Assembly (NCBI GenBank): GCA_002245135.1
Contig: NGBS01001160.1
Span: 186,001-250,000 of the forward strand
Source of the DNA: Proteromonas lacertae
Lineage: Eukaryota
Direction: 5' to 3'
Length of the DNA stretch: 64,000 nucleotides
The notes beneath the pieces are model-generated. The model was not told where the DNA came from, searched no databases, and saw only the letters and a list, made by a program, of their open reading frames with translations. Positions 41,349 through 52,605 of the stretch are shown here, one piece after another (position 1 is the first letter of the stretch; each line of letters starts with the position of its first letter). A program made the position numbers and the translations under genes.

Positions 41349-41360
41349 AAAAAACGGTTT
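41349..41360. promoter_or_regulatory. AAAACGGTTT upstream motif
   Basis: AAAAAACGGTTT 30 nt upstream of ATG 41319. Confidence 0.5.
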
Positions 41361-41491
41361 GTTCTTTTCCAAACCCCAAATAAATCAAAAATACTAAAAA
41401 CAGTAATTTAATAATAATAATAATAATAGTATAATTATAATTGAGACACTTTCACAAAAATTGATTAAATATCAATTCCTTTTCTTCACTT

Positions 41492-44400
41492 TTAATGTTT
41501 TGATTTTTTATAAGAACTAGGAGATACAGTAGAAGATAATGCTTTAGGAGTTCCAGTTCTAGGATCAATCATTGACCTTCTCAAATCTTCTTGATAATCA
41601 GTCGAACTTCTTATCATTGCAACTCTATTATCAGATGAAGTCATTGTCCTAGCTAAGAAATCTTGAGTTCTGCTTCTCTTATTTCTCACTGTATCTGGTA
41701 AAGCAGATGGTTTATTCTTAGATGCAACTGCTATATAACTAGATCTTCTCACATTATTATTCAATTCCATTCCTCTTGTTGTTGTACCAGCATCTAAATA
41801 AGCAGGAACTTCTCTATCTGTAATGTAATAGTTCCTAATAGCTCTTATTTCATCATTATGATCAGCTAATACCACAGTATAAAAACCTTCTTCCGAATAT
41901 TTAACGAATTGTGTAATATTAAATTTCTCAGTATCAAATGATTCATATCTTTGCATTGGTTCAATTCCATCTAATTGTTCAGCTTTATTAAATTCACCTT
42001 TGTAAATACAAACATTAACAAACTTCACATTACGTAATTGATATCTTAATGTAGAAATAGCTCGTTTAAACAATTCAGCTCCATTGGGTGGATTTAATAA
42101 TGTAATATGAGATGTTGAATCTCTAGAATCTATATTTGTAACAGGTAAAGTTTCAATTTCTGGAGCATTTTCATCAGGATCTAAAAATATTGAATTATTC
42201 ATATAAACAACTTCCTTTGTTTTATTACTCAATAAGAATTTCTTATAAGCCGATGGTACTTTTGCGTCTTTCTTTGGACCAGGTAATGTATAATCATAAG
42301 TTAATTTTGTTCCAATCTTTGAACCACCTTGAAGGTATGTTTCTACTGGAATTGCACCACAATCTATTAGATTCTGTGATAATCTTACACGGTTCATTTG
42401 GAAGAACATAAAGACTAATGATCCACCTACTGCAATTGGTTCACCAGGCATTAACTATAAATAATAATAAATAGATAAATATATATACAGATTTAGCTCT
42501 TCTATATTGATCTGTAATAATATTCAAATCTGGTGAAAACATATCTGATATTATTAATAATAGACAACTATAACTACCATTGGGAGATGATATTTCAATT
42601 GCTAATTTGGCTGATTTCATTAAATGTCCTTGTTCATGTCTTATTGCTGTTAAATGAGTGTTACAATATCTACCACTAAATGTCTCAACGTAACTTATAT
42701 AACATTCAAATGGAGCATAAATTGTATTACCACTCTATAACAATTATTATTATTATTAATATACATCAAGTGATCTTCTACATACAACCACAGCACTATC
42801 TTTATAATCATCATAATATTCATTACTAAAACCTAATAAATCTCTACCATAGAAATAACGAGACTATTGATAAATAAATAAATAAAAAAATATATGTACT
42901 GTAATATATTTCTTCATTTTGCCCATATTTTGATATGCCATATAATAACCACTACATGGAGCTATAATAATATCACTATCTTGAACAGTTGAAACATTAT
43001 TCTTAACTTGTTTAAACATTACTGGCCTTGATAAATAAGCATAAATTGTTTCATAATATGTAGGAACATAGTCAATTTTATATGATTCTAAGAATAATCT
43101 CAGTTTACTTCTACTTTCTCTGGTTCTATAGTAAGTTAATTCACTTCTATGCCATGCTATGTTAGTCTCAATAAACATCTCAATTGTTGCTCTTCTTTCA
43201 TTAAATACCCATTCATACATTAATACACTTATATAATCACGATAATTAATCACTACACTTTCCCATCGTCCATCTATCATCATAAATGTCTTTCTTGGGA
43301 TTGAATCCTTCTTATATTTATTATAAAAATGTTTAGAGATTGGTGAATATAAAAATTCACTTATTATATCATCATATGTCATGTAATTCAATAAAATATC
43401 ACCAAATTTCTTTACAAATTCATATCTAACGCAATATGTAATTATATAATCAATTGGAATTCTTCCTATGTCATTTCTAGTATTTATAATGTTATTTAAA
43501 TCGCATATTTCTTGGAATTCTACTCCATAATCCTCAAATTTAGTTTCTGTCTCATCATCATCATCATCATATTCATCATCATCATTATCAACTTCTTCAT
43601 TTGGATCATCACTAGTATAATGTAAACTATCCAACATAAATCTAAATAGATTATATTGTAATAAATTCACTGTTCCTGTTGATATACGACATAATATTGA
43701 TTTATAAAACATATATTCCATTGTAAACTTGGGTAATAATTGGACAGTCATTGTAACAGTAATATCTGATTCATCTACTGTTCTTGTCACTTCATGTAAT
43801 TCACCATCAACTAAATCTTCAAAATCTACATCAATATCTCCTATTAATTCATTATTTTCATTATTATATATATTCATTGAGAAATTTCTTCGATCTTCTT
43901 TAAAATGCCATAAATAAGAGTTACCGCATATCACATTACCATCTGCAATAGTAAATACAGATTCATATGTTATATTTTGATATAATAATTCCATTCTTCC
44001 ATTTGAAAAGTTAGGGTCTTTATTAGTGATATTGGTAATCTCTTTAAATGCTAAATGTAACACTGAATCTCTCATTCCATAGGATATTTCATTCGGATAT
44101 TCTATTTCTTCATTCTTTGAATCTACTTCTTTCACATTATAAATTATTTTCATTTTAATATCATCTGTCTGTGCTTCAATCTCTTCACTTCCTTCTGGCC
44201 AAGCTTCATCTACATTGAATACAAATGAACCAACTTCATTATTTGTATCATCTTTTACCAAGGTAATTGTTACAGATATTGGTTGCTTTTCTAAGAAAGA
44301 ATATTCTATTTTCTCCTGTCTTATATCTTTAATATTTATATCACTGATTACTGTTATACTTCCATGACAATCACAGTGGAATGAATAACAATCGTATGGA

Positions 44401-45423
44401 GGTGAAATACCAGTTATCTATTCACAATATAAACAAAAAATAATTTATACTTCAATCACATTGAATTCTAAATAGCACACTTTACCTGGTCTATCAACCA
44501 TTGCTCCTGCTAATGAAGTTAACTTTCTCATTCTTATATCATACTGGAATGAACCTTCTGGATCTTTAATTGAAGTATTCTCTAAATATTTATGATTCTC
44601 TAAGGAGAATAGATGATGATGTTCATCTTTATCGATTAACCAATGACTTCCTAAGAATGTAGGTGATTCAAACTCGTAATGATAAGGAGAATGTTCTTCA
44701 TCATCGTCTAACATTTTCCAACCATTATTATTATTGACTATTTGGTATGGTTTCTTATTTTCATTTCCCTATAATATATAATATACTAATTAAATATATA
44801 CTAAGAACCACTCACTATTTTCGATTTGATCGAATTCATCTTCAATGTGTTTTTCTAAATTCAATTCGTAATGATTATCTTTAAATTGCAAATATACAAT
44901 ATAACCATCAGGAGTCTATGTATTTATTTAAAGGTAATAACTAATATATACTTTATAAAAGCCTGATGTTTTTCTTTCAACGAATACTGGTTCAAATTCA
45001 TGTAATTCACAGTCATCATAGTAATATTCTTTATTTACTATCTTCATTTTTAATACTACATTCGTTGCTTTCACCTAAATATTGTCAATAAACAAAAATA
45101 CATAGTAATAACCATCATCATCCATCTTTGTACCATCCAGTGGAGCTATATAATTTCCTGCTGTAAAATTATTATCTCTATCCCAGTCATAATCCCTAAC
45201 TTTATAATAACATAACAACTTGTCAGTTTTCTAATTTAATAAATAACTCATTTGTATATACTCTGTAATACAACCCATTTTTACCATGAATCGTCCCTGG
45301 TACTGCAATATGCTCTTTTGCTATGGCCTAAAAAAGTAATACATCTCATTATACAGCTCCAATTTCACGTGGGTCAGGTTCTTCTGGAGGAGGTGGTGGT
45401 GGTTCAGAACAACAACAACCCAT
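41492..45423 (-). CDS. C2-domain, phosphatidylserine decarboxylase 2 (PSD2)-like protein, probably inactive, with N-terminal acylation motif
   Basis: Starts MGCCCSEPPPP; C2-like beta segments; PSD-like blocks IIIAPCSG, SAVVVCRRSLDSGNTIYAPFEC, AVGGSLVFMF, LIDCGAIPVETYLQGGSKIG. Nine GT-AG introns: 45328-45354, 45231-45261, 45075-45101, 44916-44951, 44769-44801, 44418-44450, 42864-42899, 42735-42764, 42455-42488. Confidence 0.75.
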
Positions 45424-45479
45424 TTTAAAAAATTCTATCAAAAATAGATATTATTTGGCTTGAGCCAGTTTGAGTTTGA
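45424..45479. promoter_or_regulatory. 56-nt bidirectional promoter with inverted repeat TGGCT-TG-AGCCA
   Basis: Divergent ATGs at 45423 (-) and 45480 (+); inverted repeat at 45456-45467. Confidence 0.5.
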
Positions 45480-46074
45480 ATGATTGATTTTGATATTGAA
45501 CCTCCTATTGATACTTTTAAGAATTCACAGTTATATCCTGTATCCGATAAGGTTATTTCATCATTGTGTAGAATAAAAGGTAATAAACAATTGTTTGTCA
45601 GTAATTTCGTATTAATATAATAAAATATAATTATAGTGTGTTTTATCAGAATGTGTTATTATTAGAAGTGATATTCATAAAATAAAAATAGGCAAATTTG
45701 TGTATATAGGAGCAAAGTGTGTAATAAAGCCTCCATTGGATGTAAAAAATGGTCAAATGGAAATGGGTAGTTATATTTTCATTGATACAGATTCAATAAT
45801 GAAAATCACGAATTATTGGTAATTATGTGTATATTGGTAAAAATGTTGTTATTGTATATCTATATTTAATCATTTATATTAATAGGGAGAGAATAGTATT
45901 ATTGATTCTTCTTGTTATATAGAAGATGACACTGTTGTTCCTCCAGAGACTAAATTTCCTCCTAATTCTTATATCTCAGGCAATCCCGCTAGAGTTACTG
46001 ATTATATGCCAGAGAGTTTTCAACTACAAATAAAATATTACATAGAAAAAAGATATAAATCAATTTTAAAATAA
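45480..46074 (+). CDS. DCTN5: Dynactin subunit 5 (p25); absent from the ORF track
   Basis: Left-handed beta-helix hexapeptides: VIIRSDIHKIKIGKFVYIGAKCVIKPP, MGSYIFIDTDS, IGNYVYIGKNVVI-GENSII, IEDDTVVPPETKFPP...GNPA. Introns 45609-45636 and 45854-45885; one extra A at 45802-45805. Confidence 0.85.
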
Positions 46075-46090
46075 TAATTTAAATTCATCA

Positions 46091-47453
46091 TCATCTATTG
46101 TTGTTTTCACTTACACTACTATCATATTGACTCATCTGTATTTGTTGTTGTTGTTCTTGCACTAATTGCTGAATTTGTACTTGATGCTGTAATTGAACTT
46201 GCTGAAGTTGAGCTTGTACTTGCTGTTGTTGTTGTTGTTGCTGCTGCTGTTCTTGTTGTTCTTGTTGTATTTGCCTTCTTCTTTCTAGAGTCAACACTCT
46301 ATCACTCAGTAAAGCTATTGATTGAGATAGATTCTTTAATGTATCTGCTACTTCACTGATTGTTTTATCGCTCATATCAGTCTTTCTAACAAATTCACTC
46401 TTTGGAATTGGTGGAAGTAATAATTCATCAAAAAAGTTAACTAACTGTAATATAAATAAGAATTTTTCACTTCCAAATTTCTCTTCTAATCCTTGTTCAT
46501 CTTCATCTCCAGATAATTGTCTAAATGGATTATCCTCTAATACTGCATTCCCACCTTGTGTTGAATGATACATACCAACTATTCTTTGAAATAAAGTTAA
46601 TAAATCGCTCTTTTTAACTCTTTTCTTTATTTGTCTTCTTTTTCTCATTTGTTGAGAATCTGATAAATCAGAGTATTTTCGTTTACTATTGTTATTACTA
46701 ATGCTATTATTTGTAGATGTTGATGAAGCATTATTTATATTTGAACTTGAATTTGCAGAAGTAGAGGCGACTGTAGCAGTTGAAGCCGTTGTAGCAACAT
46801 TATTTCCAGCTCGATAAGCTTGAAATTCTATATTGTTAACATACCATTTTATATTTCCATTTCCAATATCAGTACTTTGAAACAGTGAATTACTTCGTAG
46901 TATATTCGATACAAATGGAATTAAGTCTGTTGCAAATGGTGGTTTTTCATTTTTTGGATCATAAAGAGAGAATATAAAACTATATAAATCATTCTCCAAA
47001 ACACCTTGAGGATGAATTTCTATTAACAATTATTTAATACAACAGTAGAATTATTATACGAAGAAATTCTCCAATTTTAATTATTAAATTTCGTGTTCTA
47101 ATTGCATCATCATCATCCTATTTTTTGTATATGATAAATGATAACTAAAATACTTCTGTTGAATTATACAAATCAGATGTAAGGGAATCATTAGCATACA
47201 TTTGATAGTAATCGTAGTGTTGAGAATAAGGAATCTAATAATATAGTATATCATATTAAATATTTATAATATACGTTTGAAGCACCAAGTTGAAGCTGGA
47301 GTGGTTGCATTTGCTGATTTATTACCTACAAGATTGTTATACACTAATTTAAGTAGACTATACTGTGTAAGGATGTTGCATAGTAGTTTGATCCATATTC
47401 ATTTCCGTTACATACTATTTTTATTAGTATTAAAAATATACTTGAGGATTCAT
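46091..47453 (-). CDS. Putative winged-helix transcription factor with basic NLS, coiled coil and polyQ tail
   Basis: ATG 47453; introns 47415-47441, 47326-47363, 47235-47274, 47118-47153, 47020-47059. Contains VSNILRSNSLFQSTDIGNGNIKWYV, KRKY...RKRRQIKKRVKK and a Q-rich C-terminus. Confidence 0.6.
46137..46270 (-). repeat. CAA/CAG polyglutamine-coding tract
   Basis: TTG/CTG runs on the plus strand encode QQEQQEQQQQQQQQQQVQAQ. Confidence 0.85.
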
Positions 47454-47557
47454 GGTATTATATTATCATATAGTTATTTGAAGTATATTATTCCGATAAA
47501 GTAATACAGAATAAGATAAAAAGAAGAATTAAAATAATTTTGGTTTGATAAAGCTTG

Positions 47558-48148
47558 ATGTTCTTTTCACATAAAGATTTGAAAGAAAGAACTCCTGACA
47601 ATTCTTTAAACAGAGAAGAGTTTATAAAAACGCTTATAACTGAATTTCAAGATTCAAAGAAAAGAAGTATTTTTTTTTAATACAATGTAGATTCAAAACG
47701 TCAAATATTAGCTAATTTGGCTAATTTTTCATATGATCCAATCAATTATGACTATTTTCGAAAATTAAATGTAGTATGAATATTTCTTTATAATATAATA
47801 CAGATAGATCTGTTTGCTGATTATATTGTTGATAAAGATGAACAGTTAAAGGAATTTGCAATAGGCGGATTATGTAATCTTTCAACAGATTTAGAAAATC
47901 AAAAAATTATATATCAAATCGATTGTATTGTGGATATTGTATGTTGTTTATCTTCAACAAATCAAAATACAGTTACTTCTGCATTGACTACCTTATATAA
48001 TATATATCCTTATAAGAAGCTAAGAAAACAACTGGAAAATGAAGAAATAGTTAATGCTATTATTAAATTATCAAATTCACCATATCCTGTTATTAAAAAT
48101 TTAGCTTTATGTTATTTATCACAAAGAAAGAATTATATAGTTAATTAA
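47558..48148 (+). CDS. ARMC7: Armadillo repeat-containing protein 7 (minor-spliceosome associated)
   Basis: LITEFQDS...[30 protein letters not shown]...[12 protein letters not shown] closely matches the ARMC7 signature; introns 47667-47690 and 47774-47803. Confidence 0.9.
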
Positions 48149-48213
48149 TTAATATTTATAAGATATGTATTGTTTTTATTCTTTTTTTAAAACAAACATT
48201 CTTTATAGTAACA

Positions 48214-48248
48214 AATATATAATATATAATATATAATATATAATATAT
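48214..48248 (+). repeat. (AATATAT)5 microsatellite
   Basis: Five tandem 7-mers between the convergent ARMC7 and ABCG 3' ends. Confidence 0.8.
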
Positions 48249-48257
48249 AATAATGAT

Positions 48258-51200
48258 TTATATTTTGATATGTCTTATCTTCATCATTGCTATCGTGAAT
48301 GGTATTCTGGTAAGTAAGTAATACCCCAAAACGACTATTAAGAAATACCATCTCATATCATATAATAAACTAAATCGATCTTTCAACAAAAGATTCAATG
48401 GAATTGGTAATGGACTTGCTGCTAAAATAATATCTGGACAAATTGCTTCTCTACAATATAATTGAGAACTGAATAAGCTATTGAATAAATATTGAAGTGG
48501 ATCAATCCAATATATCAGTTTAAAGAAATAATACAAATCATTCTTCGGCATTAAAAATCCTGACAACATACACATTATAGCAATTATTCCAACTCCAACT
48601 AATAAAGCAACTTGCAAAGAAGGCATAACAAATGCAAATATTTGTCCAAGGTATGAAGTAAAGAGTAAACACAACCATACACCAATAATGTAATTAAATA
48701 CTGCATCTGTATAAGCAGCATAACCAACCATTGGATATACAAATGCTGTAATGATAAGTCTACAGAATAATAAAATAAAAAAAGATACGAACATATTAAT
48801 GTTACTGGTAATTCATACAATGAGTAGCTAATCATATATGCTGTTGGATTAACTAAGTTATTATCAACATCTCTATATATTCCAAGCCTTTCTTGTATAA
48901 TCAGAATAATGGTTAATAAACATGAAAACATACCAACAAAGAATCCAGAAATGAAAACTGTAGCCATAATTGCTTGAATTCCTGCTTCATCTTTTACTTC
49001 AGTTTGATAATAGATTGCTCCTAGAATAATACCAAGTATTAGACTAATCAATAATCTAGGATATATAAATTCAGCAGATCTCCAATAAAATCTTCCTACT
49101 CTTCCCATACAACAACTAATTTGATTGGCAAAACTTGTCATATATCTATTTAATTTGTGTAATTCATTTCCTTTTTTATTCAACATATTTTGCAGAATTT
49201 CATCATTTTTCTTTTTCAAATCACTGCTTTCGTAATATGGAAACATTTCTAATGGTTTACTATTATTAATACCTCCACCAGTTACTTCTAACATCCAACT
49301 AGCTGGATTAGTATTTTCTGGTAATTTTGGATGTGATGGATGGTTCTCTAAATAAGATACAATTTCTTTTCCATCTTCACCTGATGGACCTAAATATATC
49401 ATATTACCACCTCTTTCTAATAACAATATATCAGTAAATAGTTTGAATATTTCAAAGGATGGTTGATGGATTGTACAAATCACACTCTTTCCTGTTGCTG
49501 CAATTCTTTCCAATACTTGAACAACTAATAAAGCATTGTTACTATCCAATCCTGTAGTTGGTTCATCTAAGAAGATGATTGGAGGATTTGCTACTAATTC
49601 AATACCTGTCATTATCAATTTTCTAATTGCCATTGATAAACCATTACCTGGTGTACCAATCATCAAATTAGCATAAGACTCTAATCCCAACAGCTTTAAT
49701 GTATCGTTAACCATTGTTTTCTTTGTTTTTTCACTTAAATCTTTAGGTAATCTTGTATTTGCACTAAATTCTAATACTTCTCTCACTGTATCTTTGGAAG
49801 GTAAATTATCCATTTGTTCAACGTAACCTAAATAATGAGTTAATGATATTTTATCCATCTTTTGACCATTTAAATATATATCACCTGTTATTCTTCCAGT
49901 ATTCTTTCTATTAGCTAATACATCTAACAGAGTTGTTTTACCAGCTCCACTTGATCCCATTAATGCTGTCATTGTATTAGCTCGAATAAAACCATTCAAA
50001 TTGTTCAAAAATTTCTTTTCTTCAGTCTTTTTAGTTTTTGAATCTTTCACTTTTACATAATAACATAGATTAGTAAAACTTAAATCAACTGATTGAGTTA
50101 CAACTGAGGATCTTTGACTCTTTGCTCTTTGTAAACTTTCTTGTCTTTCCATTTCAGTCATTTCCTTTAAATCATCATTATCAACAACATATGAAACAGA
50201 TGGTCTATACTTCTTAAGAGCAAGTGTTATGATTGTTATAATCATGTCTATAGAGATAATAATAATTCTATAATGTATATACATGCAAAATGCATAATAA
50301 TAAGTGCAATAAACCATAAATATTGATCATCTTTAGTAGTTGGATAATCCATTACTTTTAAGAAAGCAACTCCTTTCGCTCCCCATTTTGGAGATATTAA
50401 TTCATTTGTTGCAAGAATTCTCACACCATAACTGAAAGGATTAATATAATACATCCATCTTAAAACTACTGAGATATTTTCTCTTGAAGTTGTAAAACCA
50501 GCTGTATTTGCTAATAAAAAAATAGCTAAAGGCAACATTCCCATTGACAAATATTCATTTTCAAAAAACATTAATAACATTCGAACTAATGTAAATCCAG
50601 CTAATCCAACACAAAATAAAGTTGCTAAAAATGTCCAATATGGTTCACTATGATTATAATCATTCATCTTTGTAATGAAATATATAGGAGTGCCAAAGCA
50701 TAAAGATTCAAGAAATATAAATGGATATTGAATAATTGCAGCTGATAATATATAATGAATTGATGAAAAGTATTTATTTCTTCTTTGTTTTGCTAAAACT
50801 TTCTTCTGAGCAAATATTGTTCCTAATTGAGCAAAATTACCCATTACAGTCATCATTTGAGCAAAGAAAAACAAACCAAATCGTGGCATTGGATTATCTT
50901 CAGGTAATTTTCCAAATATTAAACCCATAATTACACTCATAGCAAGACATTGAACTAATCTACCAATTAAGAATGTTTTATCTCTAATGAACAATTTGGC
51001 TTGTCTAATAAATGTAAACATAAACATTTCAAATTGAGATAATGAATATTCACTTTTGTATAATCTACATGCATATGGACTGTTATACAATTCCATTTGA
51101 AAATGAAGTTTACATTTTATTGTTTCAAGTACTTTCTATAACAAATAATAGCAAATAGTAAATATAAATAGAATATACTTTGTTATAATCTGATTCTTCA

Positions 51201-52373
51201 TAATACTTTTTCAATTCTTCTACTTTTTCATACTTATTGTTTGGATCAAAATGATGTCTATATCTTTCTGTTGCTACTTCCGATAAGAAACTTCCTTCAT
51301 CTTTCTCTTTTGGTCTTTTATAACCCAATTTATCAAAATAATCAATACCTTCCTTTGGTGGACCAAAATAGATATTACATCCTTTATCTAACAACAATAA
51401 TTGATCATATGAATAAATAACATCTGGATCTGGTTGTAACATTGCAGCTATCACAATTCCATTGAATGTTTTAGCCCAATCACTTAACATTCTTACAATA
51501 TCGATAGTTACTGCACTATCTAAACCAGTACTGAATTTATCTAATAACAGTATTCTTTGTGGACCAAGCAATGCTTCTCCCAATGTCACTCTTCTTCTCT
51601 CACCACCACTTACACCACGAAGAGATTGATCACCGACTATAGTATTCTCACATATCTTTAATCCTAACGAATTAATCACTAAATCACTCTTCAATTCTAA
51701 ATGTTTCTATAAATTGTTAATAATTATAATAAAAATATACAATAAAGTTATCATCAAGATTTAAACCTTTGTAGAAGTTATTTGTTCCTAATTGACAAGC
51801 TTTACTGAAATTGAAGGTTTCTTTCACTGTTAGTGGAGCATTGTGATAATCTAATTGTTCACATACCACTGCAACTCTTGTCCATTCGTATTTATCAATA
51901 CTCTTACCACCATAGACAATATCACCACTAGTTTTGCTTTTAGGTATTTGATTAGCAAGAGCTTGTAAAAGTGTGGTTGTACCACATCCTGGACCACCTA
52001 AAACCTATATAAGAATTATTAAAAGTAGAATAAATACAATTGTAGTAGATCCAGCTGGAAAGGTCAAATTAAGGTTGTTCAATATCATTTTTTTTTGCAT
52101 CTTCGTTTGGCATGCGACTAGTTTCCCAATATTACCCAATGTCTGAATTAAGTTCACAGGCTCATTATGCTTATCATTTTGACTTACATTGATATAATAG
52201 CTGTACTGACTCATGATTAAATCCATAGCTGGAAGTTCAGGTGTGATCTTCTTTAATGCTTCATGATATTCATGAAATCCATTCTTAAGGATATTATCTG
52301 ATGTATCCCACTTATCTTGTTTGATATCAATATGAACATCATCAATATTTGTCATCTCTATAGAGTTAGACAT
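48258..52373 (-). CDS. Full-size PDR-type ABCG transporter (NBD-TMD)2
   Basis: NBD1 GGPGCGTTT / VSGGERRR / LLLDKFSTGLDS; NBD2 GSSGAGKTT / LSMAIRK / FLDEPTTGLDS / IHQP; two TMDs. Introns 52005-52037, 51707-51740, 51136-51178, 50248-50282, 48760-48788. Confidence 0.93.
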
Positions 52374-52605
52374 GTTTTTCAAAGTGTTTATTTGTATTAT
52401 CAAAATTGTGTTTTATTTATCCGTTTTGTGTTTAGTTTCATTGTCCTTCCTTATTGTCCTGCCTTTCTTTTGAATTATTTAACTGGTTATATATCTGAAA
52501 TAAATATTATTAAAACACTTTTATGAGATAAAACACACATTTCTATAACAATGATTAATAATTATAATAATAACGATTCAATAATAATAAATAATTTTAA
52601 CGAAA

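Noticed and set aside
48760..48788. ABCG intron beginning GTATCTTTT as a U12 candidate
   Set aside because: Only 29 nt, no CTTAA-like branch site and a normal TAG end; fits the ordinary short class.
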